In this document: positions 30,549 through 39,979 of the stretch, piece by piece
Layout of the letters: the number at the start of each line of letters is the position of its first letter
Position numbering within the stretch: the first letter of the stretch is position 1
From: a virus
Lineage: Duplodnaviria; Caudoviricetes
Direction: 5' to 3' (one strand)
DNA length: 64,000 nucleotides
Virus record (IMG/VR): IMGVR_UViG_3300028591_000074
Location: 32,001-96,000 of that record
Translations under genes and position numbers: made by a program
Notes under the pieces: model-generated
The model's input: only the letters and a program-made list of their open reading frames with translations
What the model was told of the DNA's origin: nothing
Databases searched by the model: none

Positions 30549-31051
30549 AAATAGGAATTGTATTCGGATGTTTTATTCCGTTACACTCCGGTCATGTGAG
30601 TTTAATTAACCGATCTTTATCGGAAAATGATAAAACAATTATTGGAGTATGCGGAAAGGACACAGACAGGGGCAAGGACTTTATCCCATTCAGAGTAAGA
30701 TTAAAACTCATGCGGCAGAAGTATCAAAATGATAATATCGTTGTAGTGCCTATAGATGATGAGAAACTTAAACTGGATGGAACATTCACACATGACAATT
30801 GGGTTAAATGGGGAAATGAATTATTTCAAAATGCAAATATTGACCCATTTGATCCGAATGTAGAATTCACTTGGTACACAGGTGAACCAAGTTACAAAGA
30901 AAAACTTGGAAACATCTATCAGAAACATAAAATCGTTCTTATAGATAGAAATATCAACACTGTATCAGGAACAAAAATAAGGAATAATGTAGAAATGTAT
31001 AAGGACGAAATTGACAAAGATTTTTTAGATTATATTAGAGGGACAAAATAA
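30545..31051 (+). CDS. Second HxGH nucleotidyltransferase (NadM/NadR-like; candidate NaMN adenylyltransferase)
   Basis: FGCFIPLHSGH, VSGTKIR. Confidence 0.8.
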   Translation: MKIGIVFGCFIPLHSGHVSLINRSLSENDKTIIGVCGKDTDRGKDFIPFRVRLKLMRQKYQNDNIVVVPIDDEKLKLDGTFTHDNWVKWGNELFQNANIDPFDPNVEFTWYTGEPSYKEKLGNIYQKHKIVLIDRNINTVSGTKIRNNVEMYKDEIDKDFLDYIRGTK

Positions 31052-31067
31052 TGAAAGGAGGATTTAA

Positions 31068-31847
31068 TTGAAATACGCAATATATGTCATAAAGAATGAC
31101 ATAAATAATAAATGCTATATTGGGCAACATATTGTCAAAAACGAAAGTGCACGAGCATATATGGGTAAAGGTATTGGAATACAGGAAGCCTACAAAACTT
31201 ATGGAAGACATCACTTTTACAAAGAACTATTAGAAATTATTGAAGATAATACAGAAAATCGAGTAATAGCATCTGAACGAGAAAAGTATTGGATTAATAC
31301 GTTGAACACACTTGAACCTAATGGATATAATAGACACCCTGGCGGTATTGGTGGATGTACTAAGAAATCCGGACAAAAAGGTGCAAGAACTCGAAAATTA
31401 AATGGGTATAAACATACACAACAAACAAAAACTAAAATAAGCAATAGCAATAAAGGAAAAACCTTGTCAAAAGATCACAAAAAACATCTATCTGAGAACC
31501 ATCATTTAATCAAAACTTGGATTTTAGTACATGAAAATGGTACTGAAACTACATATACTGGAAGTTTACATGCGTTAATTAGACAGGAAAATTTGGGATC
31601 GTTTAATTCTATAATACGACATTCGTATAAGAAAGAATTTGTTAATGGCATATACATCAAAGATATACGCAAAGAAGATTATGCTATATTACGAAACCAT
31701 AATAGTTCTAAATCAACATTGAGTTGTTATGATCCGATACTTTGTGAAATTTGTACATATAAAAATTTATATCAAAGAAAACGAAGAAACAAGGAGCTCT
31801 ATAAGGATGTAATAGTGGATAAACAAATTATTAAGGAGGATAAATAA
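31068..31847 (+). CDS. GIY-YIG homing endonuclease with NUMOD3-like repeats
   Basis: AIYVIKN...CYIGQH, EREKYWI...PNGYN, HTQQTKTKIS. Confidence 0.85.
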   Translation: MKYAIYVIKNDINNKCYIGQHIVKNESARAYMGKGIGIQEAYKTYGRHHFYKELLEIIEDNTENRVIASEREKYWINTLNTLEPNGYNRHPGGIGGCTKKSGQKGARTRKLNGYKHTQQTKTKISNSNKGKTLSKDHKKHLSENHHLIKTWILVHENGTETTYTGSLHALIRQENLGSFNSIIRHSYKKEFVNGIYIKDIRKEDYAILRNHNSSKSTLSCYDPILCEICTYKNLYQRKRRNKELYKDVIVDKQIIKEDK

Positions 31848-33061
31848 TGAAATTTAACAGAATTATCAACAATCTATTAACTCAAGATTTATATAAATTT
31901 TCAATGACTCAGGCAATCTATCATCAGTTCCCGGCATATAAAACCACATGGACGTTTAAGTGCCGTAATACAGATGTAAAATTTACACCAGAAATGGTTG
32001 AAGAAATTAAGGAACAGATTCAGGCATATTGTCAGTTACAGTTTACAGAAGATGAATTGGGATATCTAGATAGTATACCTTGGCTGAAAGGAAGTTACAT
32101 TGATTTTCTTCGTTTGTGGAGACCAAGGTATGAAGATTTTGAAATTACTACAGATGCTGAATGCGGTCTTTCCATTGAAACAAGAGGTACATGGCTGAAC
32201 ACATCTATGTACGAAATCCCTACACTTGCTATTGTAAATGAAGTATATTTCCGGATGGCTTACAATTATGATGAACTTCTAGCAAGTTTTAAGGAACGAT
32301 TGGATGAAAAGTATAATAAGTTGCATAAGTCTATCTGGTATGCAGGTACCTTTTCGGAGTTTGGACTTCGGCGTAGACTTTCCGCAGAAGCACAGGAAAT
32401 GGCTGTTGATAAGTTTTCACATCTGAATGACACTATGCACGCATCTTCTAAGTTCATCGGAACTTCTAATGTATACCTTGCAAAGAAATTTGGTGTAAAG
32501 CCTGTAGGAACTATGGCACACGAATGGATCATGTGTACAGGTCAGGGAAATCACAAACATAATCCAGCATATTCTAACTGGTATGCACTGGATGCCTGGG
32601 TTAAGGAATATGGTGTGCTAAATGGTATTGCGCTTACGGATACTATCACAACAGATTGCTTCCTTAAGGATTTCCAGCTTACATATGCTACTTTATTTTC
32701 TGGTGTACGGCATGATTCTGGAGACCCATATGCTTGGGGTGATAAGATCATCAAGCATTATGAATCACTCGGTATTGATCCGAAGACTAAGACCCTTCTG
32801 TTCTCTGACAGTCTTGATTTTGAACGTGCAGACAAACTCTTCCGCTACTTTAATCCGAAAACAAATGTAGCATTCGGCATTGGAACATATCTTGCAAATG
32901 ATACGTGTGTTCCTCCGCTGAATATTGTTATGAAGACAACTCTGTGCAACGGACAGCCGATAGCTAAATTGTCCGATGTAGACGGAAAGGGTATGTGCAA
33001 AGATGCAGAATATGTAGATTATCTCAAAAGAACAATTCAGTGGCGTATTGATCATGAGTGA
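31847..33061 (+). CDS. pncB: Nicotinate phosphoribosyltransferase
   Basis: DLYKFSM, EFGLRRR, GTSN, GTMAHEW, GVRHDSGDP, FSDSLD, FGIGT, KLSD..GK. Confidence 0.95.
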   Translation: MKFNRIINNLLTQDLYKFSMTQAIYHQFPAYKTTWTFKCRNTDVKFTPEMVEEIKEQIQAYCQLQFTEDELGYLDSIPWLKGSYIDFLRLWRPRYEDFEITTDAECGLSIETRGTWLNTSMYEIPTLAIVNEVYFRMAYNYDELLASFKERLDEKYNKLHKSIWYAGTFSEFGLRRRLSAEAQEMAVDKFSHLNDTMHASSKFIGTSNVYLAKKFGVKPVGTMAHEWIMCTGQGNHKHNPAYSNWYALDAWVKEYGVLNGIALTDTITTDCFLKDFQLTYATLFSGVRHDSGDPYAWGDKIIKHYESLGIDPKTKTLLFSDSLDFERADKLFRYFNPKTNVAFGIGTYLANDTCVPPLNIVMKTTLCNGQPIAKLSDVDGKGMCKDAEYVDYLKRTIQWRIDHE

Positions 33062-33069
33062 GGTGCTAT

Positions 33070-33807
33070 ATGGAAGATTACAATAAACTGAAAGATGATA
33101 TAATTAAAAATATCAGAGATTGGTTTGATAAAAATGGTTCAACAGCAACCGCAGTTATCGGTATATCCGGTGGTAAAGATTCTACTGTGGCAGCGGCATT
33201 ACTGGAAGAAGCTCTTGGAAAAGATAGAGTATTAGGTGTTATGATGCCAAATGGTATTCAGCCGGATATATCGGATTCTGAACGAGTGATAAAGATTTTA
33301 GGTATTCGCAGTATAACAGAAAACATCAATACCATTTATGCCACCTTTATACAACAACTTATGATGACAGGAATCAATGTTAGTAAAGATACTACAATAA
33401 ATCTTCCACCTAGATTGCGAATGGCTACACTATATGCAATTGCACAAAGTTTACCTGAGGGTGGCAGAGTTATCAATACTTGCAACTACTCAGAGGACTA
33501 CGTGGGGTATAGTACAAAATATGGTGATTCCGCTGGGGATATTTCTATTCTTGGAAATTGCTTTGTCAGTGAAGTCATAGGAATTGGTGATGCACTTGGA
33601 CTTCCGTATGATCTTGTACATAAAGCACCATCGGATGGACTTTGTGGTAAAACAGATGAAGATAGGTTCGGATTCACCTATGATGACATAGAAACATATG
33701 TTCTAACCGGAACAACAGGAAATGCGGAAATTGATGCTAAAATCTTGAAAATGCACAAGGCATCCAGACATAAATATACTGAAATGTACAATTGCACACA
33801 GAGATAA
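33070..33807 (+). CDS. nadE: NH3-dependent NAD+ synthetase
   Basis: GISGGKDS, N..PRLRM, GYSTKYGD, KAPSDGL..KTDE. Confidence 0.95.
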   Translation: MEDYNKLKDDIIKNIRDWFDKNGSTATAVIGISGGKDSTVAAALLEEALGKDRVLGVMMPNGIQPDISDSERVIKILGIRSITENINTIYATFIQQLMMTGINVSKDTTINLPPRLRMATLYAIAQSLPEGGRVINTCNYSEDYVGYSTKYGDSAGDISILGNCFVSEVIGIGDALGLPYDLVHKAPSDGLCGKTDEDRFGFTYDDIETYVLTGTTGNAEIDAKILKMHKASRHKYTEMYNCTQR

Positions 33808-33808
33808 T

Positions 33809-33851
33809 TTATGCGCAGTGGTAAAAATATCGACATTTTGCTACTGCGCAT
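33809..33851 (+). terminator. Hairpin ending the NAD operon
   Basis: TATGCGCAGTGG...GCTACTGCGCATA inverted repeat. Confidence 0.6.
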
Positions 33852-34061
33852 ATTCTATATCGTGTATCAGATTTTTGAACAATCACAAGATTGTGTGTGA
33901 TTTTTGTAGAAAATATATAAATTTTCTGACAATTTTATTGACTTTTGGTAAAAATCGTTGCTATAATGGAAATGTCTGATATAAGGTTAGATTTTTGTAT
34001 AACCACGCACAGGATTCCGAACAGGTGTGCGTGTCTTTACATTTTGGGGGATAAACCTTAA

Positions 34062-34826
34062 ATGACTAAGAACGAACAAATTAAGCAACGAACCAGAGAA
34101 TTATATCTTTCGTTGCCACAGGATAAAGCGGCTCGGATGGCAAGAACTGATGTACGAGATGAAGTTCTTCAACTGAATTATACTTTCTTTGGATTTGTGG
34201 CATCACATACATTCGTAAACAATTCTTCTATTTCTTATGAAGATAAATTCCAATCAGCATGTATGCATTTTTGTGAAATATGGTGGCAGTATCTTTGGCA
34301 GGGTGATGAAACCCATAGGGGATATCGTCAGGATCTTTCTTTTAGTGTGTTTTTCAAACCAAGAATAGGCGAAATGATAGGACGGGAGTTGAATACAGTC
34401 AAATATTCAATTCGCCGTTCTTTGTGTATGGAAGTAGGAAAAATGGTTGGAAAACATTGGGGTAAGGTTACTTATGAAGATTTATTTGATCCAAGGGTAC
34501 AACTTCCACCGGATAAGATGGCATCGCTAAAAACAATCTTCTGCACACTTTGTCCAGCAGACATTGAAGATTACATGATATTTATAGAATCACCCAAAGT
34601 AGATACTACTATGGATTCCCTACTCACAGATGATTATGATTCTATCGAAGAATTACTTATTCAGGAAATGTTAGAAACAGAAGAACGTATGACAGAAGAT
34701 AAATTGAAAGAGATGGCTGAAATATATCAGGTAAATATACAACAACTTCGTGATGCATTACCAGAAGCAGAAGCAACCCTGCATAAAAGATTACATGATA
34801 GTATGGATTTGCACTTTGATGAGTGA
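34062..34826 (+). CDS. Phage RNA polymerase sigma factor (putative)
   Basis: RDEVLQLNY...YEDKFQSA...SFSVFFKPRIGEMI resembles sigma region 2; C-terminal HTH-like segment. Confidence 0.65.
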   Translation: MTKNEQIKQRTRELYLSLPQDKAARMARTDVRDEVLQLNYTFFGFVASHTFVNNSSISYEDKFQSACMHFCEIWWQYLWQGDETHRGYRQDLSFSVFFKPRIGEMIGRELNTVKYSIRRSLCMEVGKMVGKHWGKVTYEDLFDPRVQLPPDKMASLKTIFCTLCPADIEDYMIFIESPKVDTTMDSLLTDDYDSIEELLIQEMLETEERMTEDKLKEMAEIYQVNIQQLRDALPEAEATLHKRLHDSMDLHFDE

Positions 34827-34899
34827 GAAAATGCCCTGCAATCAGAAAGGGGGTGAACTGACTACAGGGCGAAGGGTAAAATATGGAATAAGAAAAGCT

Positions 34900-35292
34900 C
34901 TAATTACTTAATGAATCATATAATTCCTGAGTTTCACATCTATCGTGGATTTGATATCCATTATGTTTTCTACCATCGTACATAGGATCTATGATTTTAT
35001 ATCCATCATCAATATAATCCTGTAATGCAAAATAAGTATCTACTGGACCATAATATGGCGCATAGATTGGATTTGATCGAATATACTTTTGAAACTTGCA
35101 CGGTATATAAACAGGATCGTCAAAAACGCCATATAAAACTATATAACCTCTGAAGGAATCAGATTCTACAGGATATTCTTTATAGTTTCTTGCTTCCCAA
35201 TCAATTTGCTCCCACAGATCGATGTCTTCCTGTGACCATCCATCAAATTCCTTATACATTGAACTTTTAATATATCTTTTCATAATAGACAT
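34900..35292 (-). CDS. Hypothetical protein with MKRYIKSS N-terminus
   Basis: ORF track; AGGAG SD. Confidence 0.7.
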   Translation of the reverse strand: MSIMKRYIKSSMYKEFDGWSQEDIDLWEQIDWEARNYKEYPVESDSFRGYIVLYGVFDDPVYIPCKFQKYIRSNPIYAPYYGPVDTYFALQDYIDDGYKIIDPMYDGRKHNGYQIHDRCETQELYDSLSN

Positions 35293-35349
35293 CTCACTCC
35301 TATCTTGTTACATGTATATGTAATTCCATTATATGCATGTGAATCTTAA

Positions 35350-35556
35350 TTACCTAATAAGTTCCCCATCAACATAGTTTTCATCAGTAATTCCCCAATA
35401 TTCCAGAAGTTCACCACAACTATCCTGCCAGTTCCCAAGTTTCTCAATACACTCTTGTTCGGAATCTCCAGAAGCTAGACGAGTTCCGCCATTTGCATAT
35501 TTACCGCAGAAATAGTACGGAAATAAAAGTTCTGATGATTTAATATATCTTTTCAT
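35350..35556 (-). CDS. Hypothetical protein with MKRYIKSS N-terminus
   Basis: ORF track; GAGG SD. Confidence 0.7.
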   Translation of the reverse strand: MKRYIKSSELLFPYYFCGKYANGGTRLASGDSEQECIEKLGNWQDSCGELLEYWGITDENYVDGELIR

Positions 35557-35594
35557 AATAAATTCCTCACTATCTATCTTGATTAAAAACTACA

Positions 35595-35987
35595 TTATGG
35601 TGAATTAACTCCACCCTTCTGTTTAGTTCTCTTATCACCTGTCAGTTTTGCAAACGTATATTTTCCACGGATGTATTGCCAGAAAAAATGTCCTTTGGAT
35701 GGACTCGTATGCCACTTCTGATATATCTTTGTGGGAACGTCATAAAAAACATACACATCCCCGGGTCCACCCTTTCTCCCTTTAAATTGCACATATACAT
35801 CACCAACCCTATCTTGATTTCCTTTGACATTGATGTTATATGCCCAAATATTAGAAGATTTAACACGAACCATATTCTTCGTAATATCTCTGGAAGAAAT
35901 GGCAGCGGTGATAACTTCCCTACGATCCGTAGGGTGCATACACATTTGTATAATTGTTGTTGGAATTGTTCTGTGTATAATACGCAT
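35595..35987 (-). CDS. KTSC-domain protein
   Basis: VKSSNI..Y...VQFK...YVFYDVP...Y......SKGHFF...IR. Confidence 0.8.
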   Translation of the reverse strand: MRIIHRTIPTTIIQMCMHPTDRREVITAAISSRDITKNMVRVKSSNIWAYNINVKGNQDRVGDVYVQFKGRKGGPGDVYVFYDVPTKIYQKWHTSPSKGHFFWQYIRGKYTFAKLTGDKRTKQKGGVNSP

Positions 35988-36019
35988 TTAAATAAAACCC
36001 CATCTAAAGATAGTCTTAC

Positions 36020-36262
36020 TTATAGATAAGGTTTTAATTCTTTTCGATATTTCTTAGAATACTTTTTGAGTATAGCAGATACAATTTCTGTATTCGCTTG
36101 TGATTTTCCACAGGAGTATGAGATGTACCAATCCTTTGGAAGTAAGTAATCCGCAAGAAATTGAATCGCAGTATCACTATCCATCCCTGGTGGAAATATG
36201 TTATTAGAATCCTGATTTTTATTTAACCAGTCGGTAAAAGATGTAGTGTCTATATCTTTCAT
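36020..36262 (-). CDS. Hypothetical protein
   Basis: AGGAGG SD, 80 aa. Confidence 0.7.
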   Translation of the reverse strand: MKDIDTTSFTDWLNKNQDSNNIFPPGMDSDTAIQFLADYLLPKDWYISYSCGKSQANTEIVSAILKKYSKKYRKELKPYL

Positions 36263-36290
36263 AGCAACACCTCCTGTAATAAGTATAAAA

Positions 36291-36371
36291 TGCGGATAGA
36301 GGGACTCGAACCCTCACGAGTTTCCCCAATAGATCCTAGGTCTATCATGTCTTCCGTTCCACCATATCCGT
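36291..36371 (-). tRNA. tRNA-Leu(UAG)
   Basis: Cloverleaf with long variable arm; ATAGA-CCTAGGA-TCTAT anticodon arm (C33); GGTTCGAGTCC T-loop. Confidence 0.85.
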
Positions 36372-36378
36372 GATTATA

Positions 36379-36807
36379 TTACATACCGTACTCAAAAGCA
36401 TCTATTTCAGGATTTCCTGTAATTTCTGCGATATGGTAATGATGATCTACAACAATATCGTATCTACTACTATATAGTTCAAATGCATCAATTATCTTCT
36501 TCAAAGTATCTAAATCTTTTGAAACAGTTTTGCTACAAACAATTTCGTAACACATAGTCCTAATATTATAGACAACTCTACCACGTTCAATGGACTTGTA
36601 TCCCTTTGGTATTTGATCTCCTGCACCAAAGTCATTCATCAGTCTTCGCCATTCTGTAAGATGATTCTTAAATGCATCATAATGAATGAACGATCCGTCA
36701 TTATATCCATTGTCAAGTGATACTAAATCTGCAATCACTTCTGAATTGTATATCCACCATATACCTACATATCCGGAAGTCATACCACCTTTTATGTATC
36801 TCTTCAA
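36379..36807 (-). CDS. Hypothetical protein (starts KRYIKGG)
   Basis: 142 aa; TTG start with AGGTG SD. Confidence 0.7.
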   Translation of the reverse strand: MKRYIKGGMTSGYVGIWWIYNSEVIADLVSLDNGYNDGSFIHYDAFKNHLTEWRRLMNDFGAGDQIPKGYKSIERGRVVYNIRTMCYEIVCSKTVSKDLDTLKKIIDAFELYSSRYDIVVDHHYHIAEITGNPEIDAFEYGM

Positions 36808-36828
36808 TGTACATCACCTACCTTTCTT

Positions 36829-36878
36829 CAGGATATTGAACGCTCATCCTGCGTGTCTGCCAATTTCACCATATCCGC
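36829..36878 (-). pseudogene. 5' half of a tRNA-Leu-like gene
   Basis: GCGGATATGGTGAAATTGGCAGACACGCAGGA...TCCTG; no T-arm or 3' acceptor strand. Confidence 0.6.
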
Positions 36879-37213
36879 AAACATATGAATAATCTCGCCT
36901 TACGCAAATCTACTTTACGCCTAGACACTGTTAGTTGGTCTGCGTAGCCACTCCTAAACCTATCCCCTCAATCGCTGTAATTTGAGATTATTCATCTGTT
37001 ACCTACATTATCTCCTGAGATTCATGCTGACAGTTCACTAAGAGGGTACAGACTCTCTATCTCAGTAACTTCCTGTAGGGTTTTCAGTAGTATCTGCAGC
37101 AAGCAATTAGCCCACCCATCTGTACTTACCCCGATTTATCGTATCGGTAGGATCGAATAACGTATCTACTGTGACTCCTTGGTATATATCGTTTCAACCT
37201 TGGCAGTAGATAA

Positions 37214-37286
37214 TCGGAAGGGTGAGAGTCGAACTCACGGCAACAGGTTTATAAGACCTGCCCCATCACCGCTTGGGTACCTTCCG
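37214..37286 (-). tRNA. tRNA-Ile(UAU)
   Basis: CAGGT-CTTATAA-ACCTG anticodon arm; GTTCGACTC T-loop; CGGAAGG/CCTTCCG acceptor stem. Confidence 0.85.
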
Positions 37287-37295
37287 TGCAATGAT

Positions 37296-37631
37296 TTATA
37301 TAGCATCTAAATCATCAATATTAGATTCGTTCAGCTCTATCAACATATTGATAGTCCTGTACAGTTTCTTTAACTTGCTATCTACGATCAATTTTCGAGC
37401 TTTCTCATCATCTCGTTCAAATGAAAATACATGCGACCCAATCTGTGACCACGTATCACGCAGTATGATTTCTTGGGAACCAAAATCAGAATGATGGAGT
37501 GTGCAGTAATCTCCTCTCCATTCAACCTCTCTAGTTTTATGTTCAATCTTCATGGGATGGCTGAACGAATTCAGATTATAATCATGTACGTGTGTAACAA
37601 CTTTCTGTACCATAATAGCCCCTCCTTCCAT
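37296..37631 (-). CDS. Hypothetical protein
   Basis: ORF downstream of a TTGACA-17-TATACT promoter (about 37671-37699). Confidence 0.6.
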   Translation of the reverse strand: MEGGAIMVQKVVTHVHDYNLNSFSHPMKIEHKTREVEWRGDYCTLHHSDFGSQEIILRDTWSQIGSHVFSFERDDEKARKLIVDSKLKKLYRTINMLIELNESNIDDLDAI

Positions 37632-37771
37632 GCTCTTGCACTATTGATACATGTTTCTATCTGTATATAAGTATATACTATATTGATAAGATTGTCAATA
37701 AAAATTTTAGTAGGATTTTTCTTTATGTTATATAAATTTAACTCCTCTTATACTTCAATTATTATAACGAT

Positions 37772-37954
37772 TTATCCATTTAGTATTTTATTACAAAATG
37801 CCTTAACTTCCTTAAAGGATTCAAATCTGGCACCTTCCGGTGTTACTACTGAGTATACATAATATGCATCCTTAAAACCAGAAGAATCAATTACAATATC
37901 AATTCCAAGTTCCTTATATTTCTTAATTACAGATTTCTCAAACAAACATATCAC
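37772..37954 (-). CDS. Hypothetical protein
   Basis: GAGGTG SD. Confidence 0.55.
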   Translation of the reverse strand: MICLFEKSVIKKYKELGIDIVIDSSGFKDAYYVYSVVTPEGARFESFKEVKAFCNKILNG

Positions 37955-38006
37955 CTCAAATCAAAAATGTAAGTGCCGGATGATTATTCCGGCACTTAAT
38001 TGTATG

Positions 38007-38240
38007 TTACTCTGTTGGTTTTGTAAAGTGTCCTAAAATCTCTGTCAGAAGTTTCAACTTATACTCTTCAATAGATTCCAGGTGTTCAATTCCTTCATCA
38101 TCGAATACTAAGGAATTAAAACCCTTCATCCGATAAAGTCTTTTTGGTGTAAGATCATCATCTGCGGAAGATACATAGATTTCTTCAACTTCGACTATAA
38201 ACTTAGAACCTACCCGTGCTATTGGTTGCATACAATTCAC
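38007..38240 (-). CDS. Hypothetical protein
   Basis: Followed by the hairpin TAAGTGCCGGA...TCCGGCACTTA at about 37969-37998. Confidence 0.6.
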   Translation of the reverse strand: MNCMQPIARVGSKFIVEVEEIYVSSADDDLTPKRLYRMKGFNSLVFDDEGIEHLESIEEYKLKLLTEILGHFTKPTE

Positions 38241-38247
38241 TCACTTT

Positions 38248-39549
38248 CTAGAAGAAACTTTCCTCATTCGGATTGGATAAAATCTTTTGCTTATTTTCGA
38301 CAAATTCACGGTCTGTTACATAACCGTCCTTATCAAAGTGATAATCAATTCCACGAATCTTTACTGTACGGTTTTTAGCAATCCATCCATGATCGTCCTT
38401 GAACCACCACTTACTTCCATCTTTATTCTTATGCCAGCTTGCCGGATATTGATAATCAAATCTACCTGTCTTACCAACATGCCAATAGCCCTTATCCGGC
38501 TTTTCTGGATGGTCATCATATATCCAACCGTCCTTTGCTAAACTACCATCAGCAAAACACCAGTACCAATGCCCATTTGAATGCTTTGTCCATCCAGTAG
38601 TCATCTTACCACTCTTATCAAAATGATACTTCTCTTTCTTCCAAGTGATCCACTTATTAGATACCATTGCACCATTCTTTCCGAAGTAGTACCAATCTTT
38701 CTTAATCTGATACCAGTAGGTAGCCATCTTTCCATTGGACTTCAGATAGTAGCGGTTTCCATCATCCTTCAACCAGCCTGTTTGCATTGTGCCATTCTTA
38801 TTGAAGTAGTACCACTCTTTATCAATCTTCTTCCAACCTGTTGCAAGTTTGCCATTGGCAAGATAGTAGCACCAAGTACCATCATAATTTTTAACCCATC
38901 CACGTTTTGTCATAAGTTCATAAACATCGTTACGAACATCTGTCATATCTTTTCCAATCAGGGATGGGAACCAATCGTAAATATCATCGTGATTTGATCC
39001 AAGTCCGAGTTTGTAGGAATCATAATGACACAAAATATTTGGTACGATTACACCATTCTTTTTATGTGTACCCTTAGGATCAATTTTGTATTTTTCGCAC
39101 AACCAAGCGGTGCATTTCACGGCTTCGTCATAAACTTTCTGAGCATATACTTTATCATTCTTCGCATCTTGACAGATTTCGAATTGAATCGCACAATCAT
39201 TTTCAGATCCATATTTTCCGGATCCACACCCCCATGGTCGCATATCCCACGGAAGAACCTGACACGTCAGCACATTTCCATCCTTGTCAACCCCAATGAA
39301 AGCATTCACACCGGCTTGTCTGTCAGAATGATTCCAATCATTCCCATTTGGGTTTTTGCCAATGATATTGATAATTTTCTGATAGTCCTTATCGGAAGTC
39401 AACGGTTGTACGTATCGTCTGATATTTCTGTTATTGCATCCCGTATCATGCCAGAGAACGGATTTAGGGTCATCCTTCATCCTATAGCTCTTTTTGTAGC
39501 AGGTAGAGTTTGTCATAATACATTTTAAATATTTCCAATCAATTGCCAT
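38248..39549 (-). CDS. Endolysin: N-acetylmuramoyl-L-alanine amidase plus cell-wall-binding repeats
   Basis: VLWHDTG, QFEIC, ILCH, HDD zinc-amidase motifs; repeated (M/L)xTGWxKxxxxWYYF units. Confidence 0.9.
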   Translation of the reverse strand: MAIDWKYLKCIMTNSTCYKKSYRMKDDPKSVLWHDTGCNNRNIRRYVQPLTSDKDYQKIINIIGKNPNGNDWNHSDRQAGVNAFIGVDKDGNVLTCQVLPWDMRPWGCGSGKYGSENDCAIQFEICQDAKNDKVYAQKVYDEAVKCTAWLCEKYKIDPKGTHKKNGVIVPNILCHYDSYKLGLGSNHDDIYDWFPSLIGKDMTDVRNDVYELMTKRGWVKNYDGTWCYYLANGKLATGWKKIDKEWYYFNKNGTMQTGWLKDDGNRYYLKSNGKMATYWYQIKKDWYYFGKNGAMVSNKWITWKKEKYHFDKSGKMTTGWTKHSNGHWYWCFADGSLAKDGWIYDDHPEKPDKGYWHVGKTGRFDYQYPASWHKNKDGSKWWFKDDHGWIAKNRTVKIRGIDYHFDKDGYVTDREFVENKQKILSNPNEESFF

Positions 39550-39567
39550 AATAAATTACCTCCGACA

Positions 39568-39954
39568 TTAGAATAAGAATTCGTAATCTTCAAATCTCTT
39601 TGTAATTCGTTTCCTAACCTTTGTCATGATAAGTTCAAGGGCTTTATTCAGATCCTGTAACTTTTCAGGTGGGAATAAATCAAACCCAAGAGTTTGTTCT
39701 TCCGGTGTAACTTCAATCGTATCAACACGAATCTTATTTTGATAAGTTGTAATATTGATATTGATAGTCATCTCATTTAACTTCGTAAATTCAGGTGCAG
39801 TAAGATTATATGTTTTTCTTATATGCTCTGGAATTTCATAAACAACAATAAAATATACATCATACATATTTGTTGTCTTTTTGAACTTAAATGCACCATC
39901 AATATGACGATATAAGTAATTTCCTACTTTGTTTACTAATTGATTTGCTTCCAT
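39568..39954 (-). CDS. Hypothetical protein
   Basis: GGAGG SD. Confidence 0.7.
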   Translation of the reverse strand: MEANQLVNKVGNYLYRHIDGAFKFKKTTNMYDVYFIVVYEIPEHIRKTYNLTAPEFTKLNEMTININITTYQNKIRVDTIEVTPEEQTLGFDLFPPEKLQDLNKALELIMTKVRKRITKRFEDYEFLF

Positions 39955-39979
39955 ATATCCCTCCGAAGTTTAAATGTAG

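Noticed and set aside
31068-31847. GIY-YIG gene as part of a group I intron in the NAD operon
   Set aside because: It abuts intact flanking genes with no room for intron core sequence; it is free-standing.
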